A DNA stretch of 64,000 bases, from IMG/VR virus record IMGVR_UViG_3300037245_003898; one strand, written 5' to 3'. The notes beneath the pieces are model-generated. The model had not been told where the DNA came from, searched no databases, and was given only the letters and a program-made list of their open reading frames with translations. This document shows positions 28,694-38,586 of the stretch, piece after piece (within the stretch, counting starts at the first letter, position 1; each line of letters starts with the position of its first letter). The position numbers and the translations under genes are program-made. The stretch comes from an uncultured virus (IMG/VR IMGVR_UViG_3300037245_003898). Taxonomy: Duplodnaviria; Heunggongvirae; Uroviricota; Caudoviricetes.

Positions 28694-29527
28694 TTATTCA
28701 GTATATCCAGGCCCGACTTTGGTACCTGGCGGGTAAGTCCTATGTTTTAACACCATAGGATGTGGGGATGCAGATGAGATGGCCGCTCGAAACATAGGAA
28801 AGTATTTCTTGATTTGATGACGTAAAATGGATAACAAAGTAGCCCTGTCAACGTTGATACGAGGTCTGCCTATCTTCTCGTGGGTTCTGTGCTTAAACAC
28901 TATAGAATCAACCAAAGGAGTGCGCAGACCTCTGCCGACCTTATTTGAAACGTAGCATAAGAACCTATCTGAATATACGTGAGGAGATACTATTCCTAAA
29001 ACATCAAACCACTCTCGGCTGTAGGCTGGTGATACACAATTTCCTAGCTTGGGATACATTCCTGGAACATGACATACATATATATTGTCCGGATAAACAG
29101 TACGACTTTCCCTAAAAGCTTTTACCCAGTCGCCACCCGTAATCTCGTTATCCTCATTAAAGAGCCATAACACATCTCCATTTGCCTGCCGCGATAGGTC
29201 GTTTTGATTAACGAACAAACTCCAGTATGCTTGCATCCGCTCATACAGTAGTATTTTATAAGAAAATGGACATCCGGTCAGGATTCTAACATACTCAGAG
29301 AATGTTGCATCATCCGAGTCCAACTTTACAAGAATTTCGACCTCGCCAGGTGAACTACAAGTATTCACCAGCGATTGTATAGCGTTGGCAAAAACAGACG
29401 GACGACCGCGTGAGTGCATGATCACACTAACAATTACATAGCTTGATTGATAGCTCTGACACGATGAGTCATAAACTACCCGAGCCAAGGTGCGATCTAT
29501 TGGAATTGGTGGTGGTTTTTTCCTCAT
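28694..29527 (-). CDS. GT-A/GT2-like glycosyltransferase
   Basis: VSVIMHSRGRP, EILVKLDSDD, GDVLWLFNED; C-terminal YPPGTKVGPGYTE. Confidence 0.6.
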   Translation of the reverse strand: MRKKPPPIPIDRTLARVVYDSSCQSYQSSYVIVSVIMHSRGRPSVFANAIQSLVNTCSSPGEVEILVKLDSDDATFSEYVRILTGCPFSYKILLYERMQAYWSLFVNQNDLSRQANGDVLWLFNEDNEITGGDWVKAFRESRTVYPDNIYVCHVPGMYPKLGNCVSPAYSREWFDVLGIVSPHVYSDRFLCYVSNKVGRGLRTPLVDSIVFKHRTHEKIGRPRINVDRATLLSILRHQIKKYFPMFRAAISSASPHPMVLKHRTYPPGTKVGPGYTE

Positions 29528-30495
29528 ATTCCAGTTACCCAGTTTCTCCAATAGTCCAGTGTGTCTCGTAAAGTAGTGTCAAAATCTATCTCGGGTTCCC
29601 ATCCAGTAATAGAATGAAACTTATCAGTACAAGGAATTTGCAAAGTTACATCCGATGGGCGCAGTCGATCAGGATCTACACGCACTTCAATATCTTTACG
29701 AGTAGACAGTTGTATCAGCTTGTTTAGCATGTCACCCACAGTCATGGTCACTTTGCCGCCAACATTGTATACCTCTCCCGGTGGGCAACTCCCGATAAGA
29801 AGCCAATAGGCTCTTACCGCATCCCTTACATCCATGAAAGTTCTGATACTGTCCAAATTGCCCACGAGTATGGTAGGTTCTCGCTTACCCGATTCGATTT
29901 CCGCAATCTGCTTTGCAAAATTCGATACGACAAAAACATCACCTCGTCTAGGACCAGTATGCGTGAATAATCTTGTTCTAATAATTTTCATGTCCCACGA
30001 CGCATGATATTGAAAAGCAAGCATATCTTCGCAAACTTTAGAAACAGCATAAGGAGATGCTGGCCGCAAAGGGTTAGTCTCCTTGATTGGGACTTCATCC
30101 TCAGTAACCTGTCCGTAGCATTCGCTAGAACTACATACATGAATAATCGGGTCAAAATCCTGGTCCCGCAACACTCGGATAGATTCCAATAGATTGCATG
30201 TGCCAATGACATTCACATCCAACGTTGTGGCAGGAGCCCTGAAACTATAAGGGACATAAGACTGAGCAGCTAAATGAAAAATGACATCAGGACGATGTTG
30301 CTTTATGATCTGATACAGCGAGGAAAAATCCAGCAGATCACCATGCTCAATAATGACATCATCCAAAAGGTGGAGGATATTTTCTTTAGGAGAACGCCAA
30401 CGCGTAAGACCTATAACTTGGACTTTTTGGACTAACAAGAAATCCGCCAGATGGCTTCCCACAAATCCTGTTATGCCTGTAATAAAAGCTTTCAT
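29524..30495 (-). CDS. GDP-mannose 4,6-dehydratase / Rmd-like SDR (second copy)
   Basis: ITGITGFVGSHL, HLAAQSYV, SSSECYG, SPYAVSK, FTHTGPRRG. Confidence 0.9.
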   Translation of the reverse strand: MKAFITGITGFVGSHLADFLLVQKVQVIGLTRWRSPKENILHLLDDVIIEHGDLLDFSSLYQIIKQHRPDVIFHLAAQSYVPYSFRAPATTLDVNVIGTCNLLESIRVLRDQDFDPIIHVCSSSECYGQVTEDEVPIKETNPLRPASPYAVSKVCEDMLAFQYHASWDMKIIRTRLFTHTGPRRGDVFVVSNFAKQIAEIESGKREPTILVGNLDSIRTFMDVRDAVRAYWLLIGSCPPGEVYNVGGKVTMTVGDMLNKLIQLSTRKDIEVRVDPDRLRPSDVTLQIPCTDKFHSITGWEPEIDFDTTLRDTLDYWRNWVTGI

Positions 30496-31118
30496 GTCAC
30501 ATCCCCATTAAAGTCATATCCGAGTAACTCAATATCCCGAGCATATATCTCTCGTATCACATTAACTGTTTTGGTTCTGTAGTATTTACGGTAGTCTTTG
30601 TGGGATTTTTTGTTTTTGTGCGGCAAATCACCAGGAGCCGAGATAGCCTTGGCAATGACTTTCCAATCGGATTTGATATTCTCTAGTCTTCCAATGAAAT
30701 CCACGAAACACTCGCCATTGAAAAAGGCTTTAGGATATTGTAAATCAAAGTGAGGATTGAATTTGACCCCTTGTGGCCGTAGTGTTTTTAGCACAAACTG
30801 GTCAAAAGATATTAACTTGAGATCCTTCCATAATTTGCCTGGGTATCCAAGCGTCCCCTTGAGATAAAAGAAGGCAGATACTACTCGATCCCATGGGTTT
30901 CTGACAATTGTAAATTTATACAAGGAGTCAAATGACTCCGCATTTTCGTCGAAAATTTGAGCATACCCATCAGGATCGTCTTTCCACACGATAGCGCGGC
31001 TACGCAACAAATGCCTATTTATCGAGGTTTGAGCAACTTTATTGTTAGAGAAAAACATAAACTTATTGCTGCGATCAAGTATAGGAGTCTGCCCTTTACA
31101 GTGTTCAAGTATATTCAT
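30492..31118 (-). CDS. sulfotransferase (Sulfotransfer_2 family)
   Basis: NKVAQTSI (PAPS loop), KFTIVRNPWDRVVSAF, IYARDIELLGY. Confidence 0.85.
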   Translation of the reverse strand: MNILEHCKGQTPILDRSNKFMFFSNNKVAQTSINRHLLRSRAIVWKDDPDGYAQIFDENAESFDSLYKFTIVRNPWDRVVSAFFYLKGTLGYPGKLWKDLKLISFDQFVLKTLRPQGVKFNPHFDLQYPKAFFNGECFVDFIGRLENIKSDWKVIAKAISAPGDLPHKNKKSHKDYRKYYRTKTVNVIREIYARDIELLGYDFNGDVT

Positions 31119-32086
31119 TAACATCTCCAATTTGATAAATTCTTTATGAATTCAGATGACTTAGATAAAGTTAGATGCTCTCTATAGTGCTCGTATGGCT
31201 TAAAATCATTTGCCTGGGTAAGCATTTGAATCAGACTATCTCGTATTTTTTCTTTTGACGAAAGAACACCACTTTCCTGCGTGATATACCGTTCCTTCCA
31301 AAAACGTACCGAATCCAGCACGAGAAGAGGACATCCACATGCTAAAGCCTCGGGAATTATCCGTGGGCAAGAATCCACTTTAGCTGCGCACACGAGAGCT
31401 ATTCTTGATTGAGCATAAAATAGCGGAATCTCTTTACGAGGAATCCAACCAGTAAAGTGGACATTAGGAAATAGCGAGCGCAAATTTTTTGACGCGATAC
31501 CGACGCATACAGCAGATAACGTTTTAGGAATTAACGAAAGACCGAAATGATGACCTTTCTTATCGCCCTTAGACTCATTGCCCACGAAAAGAACGTCATA
31601 CTTTTTATCAACCACTTGAGGCCGAAAGATGTTGTCCGCGGCGGGTTTGATGAACAAAGAACTCTTGATTTGAGGAAACCGCTTTTGGATCTCAGCCAGT
31701 TGCTGATGGCTATCTGCTAATATCAGATTATAGTTCTTGAATTTACTTTGCGGGACATGACGATGACCTGCCCCATAGTAGATCTTAAAGCCCTTGATGC
31801 TGCGCAATATTCCATCATAGTGAGGGAATCCACCCCGAGCAAAAACAATATCAGGGTTGAATGTCACCTGGGTTTTGTCAAAACTTGGAACCCAGCGTTC
31901 GACAAAATGTTCACTGTATTTGACAACTCTTTTCCCTCCCCAGTACCAGACCTCACCGTAGTCATCTTTGCACATTTCTCTGGCCAACTGAGTCCACATG
32001 TCATCACACTCTTCTATCTTGTCGAACATGATTTGTCGAGGATCTCTATCGGTAGGTACTTGGCCTCTAAGAAATAGCAACTTCAC
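31118..32086 (-). CDS. GT4-like glycosyltransferase
   Basis: YDVLFVG, DSCPRIIPEALACGCP; GTG start after GGAGGT. Confidence 0.8.
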   Translation of the reverse strand: MKLLFLRGQVPTDRDPRQIMFDKIEECDDMWTQLAREMCKDDYGEVWYWGGKRVVKYSEHFVERWVPSFDKTQVTFNPDIVFARGGFPHYDGILRSIKGFKIYYGAGHRHVPQSKFKNYNLILADSHQQLAEIQKRFPQIKSSLFIKPAADNIFRPQVVDKKYDVLFVGNESKGDKKGHHFGLSLIPKTLSAVCVGIASKNLRSLFPNVHFTGWIPRKEIPLFYAQSRIALVCAAKVDSCPRIIPEALACGCPLLVLDSVRFWKERYITQESGVLSSKEKIRDSLIQMLTQANDFKPYEHYREHLTLSKSSEFIKNLSNWRC

Positions 32087-32781
32087 TATCTGACCTCCCA
32101 TCGTGTAAACCCGGTCTTTTTCGTATATAAACGGGACTTCTCCATCCACCTCCGACCAATATCCGTTACCAAAGCGCCCTTCCCTTGTTCTATATATAAG
32201 CAATGCCTTGTGGTTTTGATGAACTTGCCACAATTAGGGTCCACAACTCTTAATTGTTTTTCGGGATTTCCTTTTACAGACATCAACTTAGCCGCTTGTT
32301 TTGCGAAATCACAACGAACAAAAACAGGATTAAGAGAGATTTTATCTACCTCAACAATGACCGCATCCTTAAGGCCTCCTTTCTTCTTTCTGCGTTGTTT
32401 AAGTGGCACTTTGCTTAGCCCAAAAGAACTAAATTCATCATACTTAGATATCGACTGTATCAACTTGTCTAGATTTATAGGTTTGTTTAGTGTCCAATCG
32501 TCCTCAAGGTGAAACACCCAATCAGCATCAACTTGGCTCCAGCACCATTTCACAGCAGTCACGAATGATGGAGACTTAGGGATTCGATGAATTATATTGT
32601 TGAAATACGAACGAGCAATTTTAAGGACTCTCTTTGGGTTTGTTTTTTCTCCTATCGGATCTATATTGATAATCAACCTGTATTCGTGGTTATGGTTTAG
32701 CAGATTTGAACGAAAGCTTGAAAATGTTTTATTCAAAATGTCAGGTCGAACAGTAGCCGACGTAGTGATATCTATTTTCAT
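32086..32781 (-). CDS. GT-A/GT2-like glycosyltransferase
   Basis: TTSATVRPD, WVFHLEDDW. Confidence 0.7.
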   Translation of the reverse strand: MKIDITTSATVRPDILNKTFSSFRSNLLNHNHEYRLIINIDPIGEKTNPKRVLKIARSYFNNIIHRIPKSPSFVTAVKWCWSQVDADWVFHLEDDWTLNKPINLDKLIQSISKYDEFSSFGLSKVPLKQRRKKKGGLKDAVIVEVDKISLNPVFVRCDFAKQAAKLMSVKGNPEKQLRVVDPNCGKFIKTTRHCLYIEQGKGALVTDIGRRWMEKSRLYTKKTGFTRWEVR

Positions 32782-32794
32782 ATCCAATTCCTCA

Positions 32795-33697
32795 TCAGGT
32801 TGACACTACCTTTAATAACTTTGTCATGTTTTCTTTGCGTGTTCCAATCTTCTGGCGTAATAACTCCACCATATTTTGATTCAATGACCCGAGTAACTCA
32901 TCGTCATCCAAAAAGCGTTTGGTATACTCTGTGGCTTTCTTTATGTTTCTGCTGGGATACACTAGGGCAGTTTTTTTGTGTATCGCATAGTCGGACATAC
33001 CCGATCTTGGGTGATCCGTGCAAACCAATCCGCAGCCACAGAGCGATGATTCCATGGGGGGATTATGAAGACCTTCCAACTCTGTCGGGGCTATCCAGAC
33101 TCTAATCGAATTATACAGCTCAGCCATTGCTTGGTTCGAACAGTTCTTAATGTGCTTATTCACCAAAAAAAGCTCCTGCCCGAGAGCCTTCGCAATGATA
33201 GCCACATCCTGATAACGCTTCGTGGCATGCTTGGCATGAAATAGTCCGCCGATTCGCTTTCTGGGTTCTTGGTTAATTTTTTGGAACCACTCAAAGTCCA
33301 AACCGGGGTAAACTATTTTAGATGTTACGCCGTTTTTGGAGAGATATCGCTGTAGCCATTCACTATTGACGATGCAATTCAAAGATCTGTAGGACGCCAA
33401 TAGTTTAGCCTCACTGGCTTGCCATAGTTCGAAACCTCGGATGTAATAATACTTACGAGAAGCTCGTGCTTTGACAGTGCTAGGAACGCTTCGATAACCC
33501 GTAGCAATCATTACATCACACCGAGGCGCTTTTGCGACTATTGGAACATTCGTTTTATGCCAAGTGTATTTATTCCTGTCCGCATACATATAGACTTCGA
33601 CCCCCAAAGCCTGCAAGGTCTCTGCGCACCTAATCAAAGTTCTAGAGCCGCCGTTATTTCCCAGCCCTACACTATGGAGATTGAAGACTATTCTCAC
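32795..33697 (-). CDS. GT4-like glycosyltransferase (WsaF-like)
   Basis: GGSRTL, EGLHNPPMESSLCGC. Confidence 0.8.
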   Translation of the reverse strand: MRIVFNLHSVGLGNNGGSRTLIRCAETLQALGVEVYMYADRNKYTWHKTNVPIVAKAPRCDVMIATGYRSVPSTVKARASRKYYYIRGFELWQASEAKLLASYRSLNCIVNSEWLQRYLSKNGVTSKIVYPGLDFEWFQKINQEPRKRIGGLFHAKHATKRYQDVAIIAKALGQELFLVNKHIKNCSNQAMAELYNSIRVWIAPTELEGLHNPPMESSLCGCGLVCTDHPRSGMSDYAIHKKTALVYPSRNIKKATEYTKRFLDDDELLGSLNQNMVELLRQKIGTRKENMTKLLKVVST

Positions 33698-34554
33698 TTT
33701 ATACCTTTCAGCATCCTAGCAACCATTTTCTTCACTGTTTTGATCGAACAAGCGAATCCCGACTGCTTAGCCTGGTTTCCTCCCCCCGCATAATATACAG
33801 CCGGGGTTCTCAATGGATTCCAACTTTTGATATAGCGTTCTTTTATCCGATCCGGTCCCCATACCACATGAGGAGTTCCGCACAAAGATGCCAGATGCAT
33901 TGTCCCTGTAGACTGGCCTGCTGCCAACCTGCCCAAAGAAAAGATAGCAATCATATCTTCCATCGATGTCTTGCCTATCAAATTGATGCACTCTTTAGCT
34001 TTAGACAATTCCGTAGACTCATTAGTGCCCGTGAAAACAGGAACATATCCCAGACCTGAGATTATGTCCTTGAGGGCCATCCAGTTTCTATTAGGCCAAT
34101 TCTTGACTGGCGATAATAAACGACTTCTGATGCACAATATGATGCATTTCTTATTAACAACGCTCTTCCACTTTTCAATAGCAGCCGTCGATGAACTATA
34201 TCTCATAAATTTTCTGTTCTTAGCGAGACCATAAGTCTTTGGTTTAGCCTCTCCCTGGTTGATAACATGCACATCAACATTTTTGTCCGACTCAAGTTTA
34301 CGTATCATTGTTGTATCAAACTCGATTGGAGCCCCTCGATTACAACCTCGGTTTCCTGTGCTTTGTTCGGTAGGAACATCAACATTGTAAAAAGTCGTCG
34401 CCATGGGATACAAGGCTTCGCGGCCAGGCCGAGTAGCAACGAAAATTTCGTCAAAAACACTCTGACTGACAATGTAATTTACGTAAGGAACGTAGTTTAT
34501 CAGCTCCCATCCTAGCTCGCCAGTAAAACAAGGGATGTATAGCACTTTCCTCAT
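33694..34554 (-). CDS. GT9-like glycosyltransferase
   Basis: KNWP..NW, NLIGKTS, STGTMHLASLCGTP. Confidence 0.8.
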   Translation of the reverse strand: MRKVLYIPCFTGELGWELINYVPYVNYIVSQSVFDEIFVATRPGREALYPMATTFYNVDVPTEQSTGNRGCNRGAPIEFDTTMIRKLESDKNVDVHVINQGEAKPKTYGLAKNRKFMRYSSSTAAIEKWKSVVNKKCIILCIRSRLLSPVKNWPNRNWMALKDIISGLGYVPVFTGTNESTELSKAKECINLIGKTSMEDMIAIFSLGRLAAGQSTGTMHLASLCGTPHVVWGPDRIKERYIKSWNPLRTPAVYYAGGGNQAKQSGFACSIKTVKKMVARMLKGIK

Positions 34555-35390
34555 GACACGATCTCTTCAATAAAACTGAAAGGATCATATTTATCTAGCA
34601 CAAGTGTGTTTTCAGGGACTATGGACTCCGACCTCATTTTTATTTTTTGTTCATACATTATATTGACTTCTTTGATATTTTTCTTCGAGGATCTCTCATT
34701 TATCGCGCTCCAATTAGTCGATTGCGAATGACGGCGATAAATTGCGATATACCGTGGAACGACAGCGGGTGCAATCTCACGAGAAAGCCATCGCATCCAC
34801 ATCTCTTTATCAATCTTCCATTTTAGCTCTTCATCAAATAGCCCGAACCGCTCATACAAAACACGTTTAGCCAAAACGGTTGTACCTCCTACCAACTGCA
34901 AACCGTTCGTTAATTTTTGACCTGCCTTATAAAACAAACTTCGAGCCCTTGTCTTTTCCTCAAAAGTAAGTCCCATTATCTCAATCAAACTAAGTTCACA
35001 TTGAAGTTTATCGTAACCATGCAAGTCTGGCGTTTTTGAGTAAAATCCAAATGACCATTCGGTATCTTTCTCTATTAGAGCATTCAGCCTATACTCCAAA
35101 GAGTGGGGCGTCATCATATCATCAGAATCAAAGCAAGCTACGTATTTTGTATCCGACAAAGCAATTCCTATGTTTTTCCCCCTTGCATTGCCACCGCTGT
35201 TTTCTTTGAGCCTAATAGCAGTAAGTCTACCTTGAAATTTCTTGATATGCTCCCATGATCTGTCTTGAGATGCGTCGTCCACTACTATAATCTTACAGGG
35301 AATAGACTGGGCCAAAACACTCTGTATACATGACCCCACATATGGGTCATAATCGCAATTACTAATTATAACGGTTACATCCTCGTGCAT
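34551..35390 (-). CDS. GT2 glycosyltransferase
   Basis: IIVVDDASQD, KNIGI, ACFDSDD, GLFDE. Confidence 0.9.
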   Translation of the reverse strand: MHEDVTVIISNCDYDPYVGSCIQSVLAQSIPCKIIVVDDASQDRSWEHIKKFQGRLTAIRLKENSGGNARGKNIGIALSDTKYVACFDSDDMMTPHSLEYRLNALIEKDTEWSFGFYSKTPDLHGYDKLQCELSLIEIMGLTFEEKTRARSLFYKAGQKLTNGLQLVGGTTVLAKRVLYERFGLFDEELKWKIDKEMWMRWLSREIAPAVVPRYIAIYRRHSQSTNWSAINERSSKKNIKEVNIMYEQKIKMRSESIVPENTLVLDKYDPFSFIEEIVS

Positions 35391-36316
35391 ATTTTGGCCA
35401 CCACTTTAGTCCACCACCAACGAGAAACAAAGTTCCGAGGAGATTCTCGATCAACTTCCTTTGCGAGCTTGGCAATGACCTGAACTACCTGGTAGGGGTC
35501 ATCACAGACAAACGTTGTTTCCGGACAACATAGGTCTGCTCGCAAACAGTCCTGATAAGAAATTACATTATTACCTGCACATTGAGCTTCCAATAAAGGT
35601 AATTCAAAAATACCGTTGATAGTCGATATATAAACCGAACTCTTCTTATAGATATTTGCCACATCTTGGAACAGTTTACGTTCGGCCTTGAGCCCCGCAT
35701 CATCGAATCCGATTGTGTCTACTTTGAATTCATTCTGCCTTAAATGTTCAAGAATTATTACTGCTTTCTTCCGATCATGCCGCATGGCATCAATACATAC
35801 TCTAAATTCTCTTTGACTTGGAGTGAACAAATAAGGGTCTACCCCTCTCCCCACATACAACGCTGCCGACATTGCTTGTGGACTTGGCCGGCAATATGCT
35901 CTGTACGAATACCATGAAGAATCCGCCTTTAGTAACTCCTCTCGCGAAACACAGTAAGTATCAAACGCCACCCCAGGTATATGAGGTACGACATTAGCGT
36001 AAAAGAGACAGTTTCCACAGTGTTTTCTCATAGATTTTAGTAGTTTCATCTTGGCCCGAACTATGGGCTGAGTATCATAGTTTGCATATATCCCCACGTC
36101 AAAACGCTCTTTGATTTTCGACGTAGAATCTACGTTAATGCGTTTTACTTGCGCTCCGGCCAACAACAGAACCTTGTACAAATAGTATCCTATCACTGAG
36201 TAAGTGCAGCATGGAGTCTTGACTTTAGTCACTAGAGCAATCGTTTTATTTCGAACAGCAGCAGATATCATCGCCATAGAATCAGGATCAGATTTACACA
36301 GCTTGTCAACATTCAT
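35375..36316 (-). CDS. GT4-like glycosyltransferase
   Basis: GVDPYLF, FELPLLEAQCAG. Confidence 0.65.
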   Translation of the reverse strand: MNVDKLCKSDPDSMAMISAAVRNKTIALVTKVKTPCCTYSVIGYYLYKVLLLAGAQVKRINVDSTSKIKERFDVGIYANYDTQPIVRAKMKLLKSMRKHCGNCLFYANVVPHIPGVAFDTYCVSREELLKADSSWYSYRAYCRPSPQAMSAALYVGRGVDPYLFTPSQREFRVCIDAMRHDRKKAVIILEHLRQNEFKVDTIGFDDAGLKAERKLFQDVANIYKKSSVYISTINGIFELPLLEAQCAGNNVISYQDCLRADLCCPETTFVCDDPYQVVQVIAKLAKEVDRESPRNFVSRWWWTKVVAKICTRM

Positions 36317-36942
36317 TTACGCTTCCCCACAAACGTCGCTGCCAGACCTGATTTACTATGCTCTCTTTTAATCCTAGATATTTCTCTAAAGAACTTACTA
36401 CTCATATGGTATAACTCATCCACGTTATAGAATACATACGAATGACCGTATTTTATTTTCGGAGTTGTTCCCTGATTTTGCAGAGGGATGATACAGTAAA
36501 ATATCCCTCCTTTGCGGAGAATCCTAGCGAATTCGGCAATGGCCTTCCTGGGATTAACAACATGCTCTAGCATATGGCGTGCAAAAACTGCGTCAAAAGA
36601 CGATGTATCATAAACCACCAGGTCTTCGGCATTGGCCTTCAAAACGTTATAACCATGCTTCCTGCATATCGAGACATTCTCTTTGATTACATCAAATCCA
36701 TGAACGTTGGTAAATCCTTTCTTGGCCAGATAGCCTAAAGCCCAAGCATCCCGACATCCCGCGTCCAAGATTTTACTTGATCCGCTAATATGTTTCATCA
36801 GACGTTTCACATCGACCGCTATATGAGGTTTGGATTTTATGTTAAACGCTTCGTCGGTCGCCCCTCGGCACGCCTGCAAATCATAGAACTCTTGGCTGGA
36901 ACTATAAACGAGCCGCTTTTTGTCCGTTGCGTACTTAGCCAT
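36313..36942 (-). CDS. class I SAM-dependent methyltransferase
   Basis: ILDAGC, FDAVFARHMLEHV, RILRKGG. Confidence 0.9.
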   Translation of the reverse strand: MAKYATDKKRLVYSSSQEFYDLQACRGATDEAFNIKSKPHIAVDVKRLMKHISGSSKILDAGCRDAWALGYLAKKGFTNVHGFDVIKENVSICRKHGYNVLKANAEDLVVYDTSSFDAVFARHMLEHVVNPRKAIAEFARILRKGGIFYCIIPLQNQGTTPKIKYGHSYVFYNVDELYHMSSKFFREISRIKREHSKSGLAATFVGKRK

Positions 36943-37861
36943 TTAGCAACTCCTCGAAAGCCTTCAAATACATGCGAGCAGTGTGCCTAATATCCAAATC
37001 ATCACGAGCTGCGATTTTCGGCATGTTGCTTAATTTTCGTATGTGTTTCCCCACTAAGGATGGGTCCAGATTGTCTATTTCAGCATGTGAGATCGAATAA
37101 TCCCAATGAGCTTCTACTTCCAAACAGACCCCATCCTGTTTCACTAACTCAGGAGTTCCACCATTATCAGTGTGCAAGACAGGCAAACCACAAGAAAGCT
37201 CTTCTATCACTACATTAGGACAAGGGTCAAACTTCCCCAAGTGAATAGCATAATCACAAGCCTTCATGACTCCGATAGCCGCTTTGGAAGGAATCTCACC
37301 TAACCAACGAATTCTCTTATCTTCAATCGAATCGAGAGGATGAGCACCAACCATATTCAAAAACCCACTTACGCCACTTTCAAGAAATCCTTTGCAAATA
37401 CTCTTAGGTCGCTTGGTCGGTCTCCATTTAGCGCAAGCAACAAAATGTGGCCCTGGCCCCAAGCTAGCAGCAGGAATCGAGCTAACCACGGACTGGTCAA
37501 TGGCGTTATGAATTACCTTGCTCGACCTCGCCTGGCCGGCGTGATGTTCGCAACAACGTTTGCAAAAGTCGCTTTGGAATACAACCATATCGGCTTGGCG
37601 GACAGACTTGAATATCTGAGGGTTCATTTTGAGACCATTTTTGTCATGCCCATTCCAATACATCCCGTCGATACGCAGAAGACTCTTTGCTCCTTTCTTG
37701 CGGTTAGAAAGATTAATTACGCACAAATTGATATCAGGTCTACTTCTAACGCAAACTATCTTTCCTTGGCTCTCTAAACACGTTACCAGCCGAGAGACAA
37801 AGATATTCGGCCCTATTGGATTAGATAGATCCCTATTCACGTATACACGGATTGGACGCAT
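36935..37861 (-). CDS. GT4 glycosyltransferase
   Basis: VIHNAID, DPCPNVVIEELSCGLPV..GGTPELV. Confidence 0.85.
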   Translation of the reverse strand: MRPIRVYVNRDLSNPIGPNIFVSRLVTCLESQGKIVCVRSRPDINLCVINLSNRKKGAKSLLRIDGMYWNGHDKNGLKMNPQIFKSVRQADMVVFQSDFCKRCCEHHAGQARSSKVIHNAIDQSVVSSIPAASLGPGPHFVACAKWRPTKRPKSICKGFLESGVSGFLNMVGAHPLDSIEDKRIRWLGEIPSKAAIGVMKACDYAIHLGKFDPCPNVVIEELSCGLPVLHTDNGGTPELVKQDGVCLEVEAHWDYSISHAEIDNLDPSLVGKHIRKLSNMPKIAARDDLDIRHTARMYLKAFEELLNG

Positions 37862-38586
37862 TAGCTGACCTTTACAACGGGAAAGGTTCTCGATTTCATT
37901 CTCTCAAATTTTTCAGCCAACTCTCGCCATAGTTTTTTCTGTTCCTTAGCATGCGCCAACGACATGTTGCCTTTATAGTAGCGATACAAATACAAGGGCT
38001 CAGGATAGAAACCTCCGTAAGCTACTCTCTCAAGAATAAACCCCAAATTCTTATCCACAGAGTATTTCAAGCCTTCAGGAAAGAGAGTTGTCTGTTCTGA
38101 TAGGTGTCTCTGGAATGTTCTCCAATGAGAAAAACAGTGCTTACGTTTCTTGAGCGAAATCTTTGTGAAAGACATGTTGCCGGGTAAAGACGAAAGCCCC
38201 TTGCGTTTTTTGTTTAGCCCGACATCACACCACCAATGCTGAGTATAGATATATCCCAACTGATAATGTTTCTCATACAACTTCATAATAGTCTTCACTG
38301 CTTTAGGTGGCAGGGCGTCATCCCCATCCACAACAGCGCAAATCTTGCCCGTAGCTTCGCCTAACGCCCTCGCGTAGGTAGACGAGCAAAACAACTGCTC
38401 TTTGTTACGGAGCACCCGCACCCTGGGATCTTTGATGCCCGACAGAAAATCAAATGTACCGTCAGTGCTACAATCATCCACTACAATCCATTCGAAGTCA
38501 GGATAAGCCTGCGATAGAATACTCTTAGCGCAAGCCGGTATGAAGCGACCATCGTTATGAGTAGCTGTAAGTATAGAGATTTTCAT
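37861..38586 (-). CDS. GT2 glycosyltransferase
   Basis: ISILTATHN, EWIVVDDCSTDGT, VDGDD. Confidence 0.9.
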   Translation of the reverse strand: MKISILTATHNDGRFIPACAKSILSQAYPDFEWIVVDDCSTDGTFDFLSGIKDPRVRVLRNKEQLFCSSTYARALGEATGKICAVVDGDDALPPKAVKTIMKLYEKHYQLGYIYTQHWWCDVGLNKKRKGLSSLPGNMSFTKISLKKRKHCFSHWRTFQRHLSEQTTLFPEGLKYSVDKNLGFILERVAYGGFYPEPLYLYRYYKGNMSLAHAKEQKKLWRELAEKFERMKSRTFPVVKVS

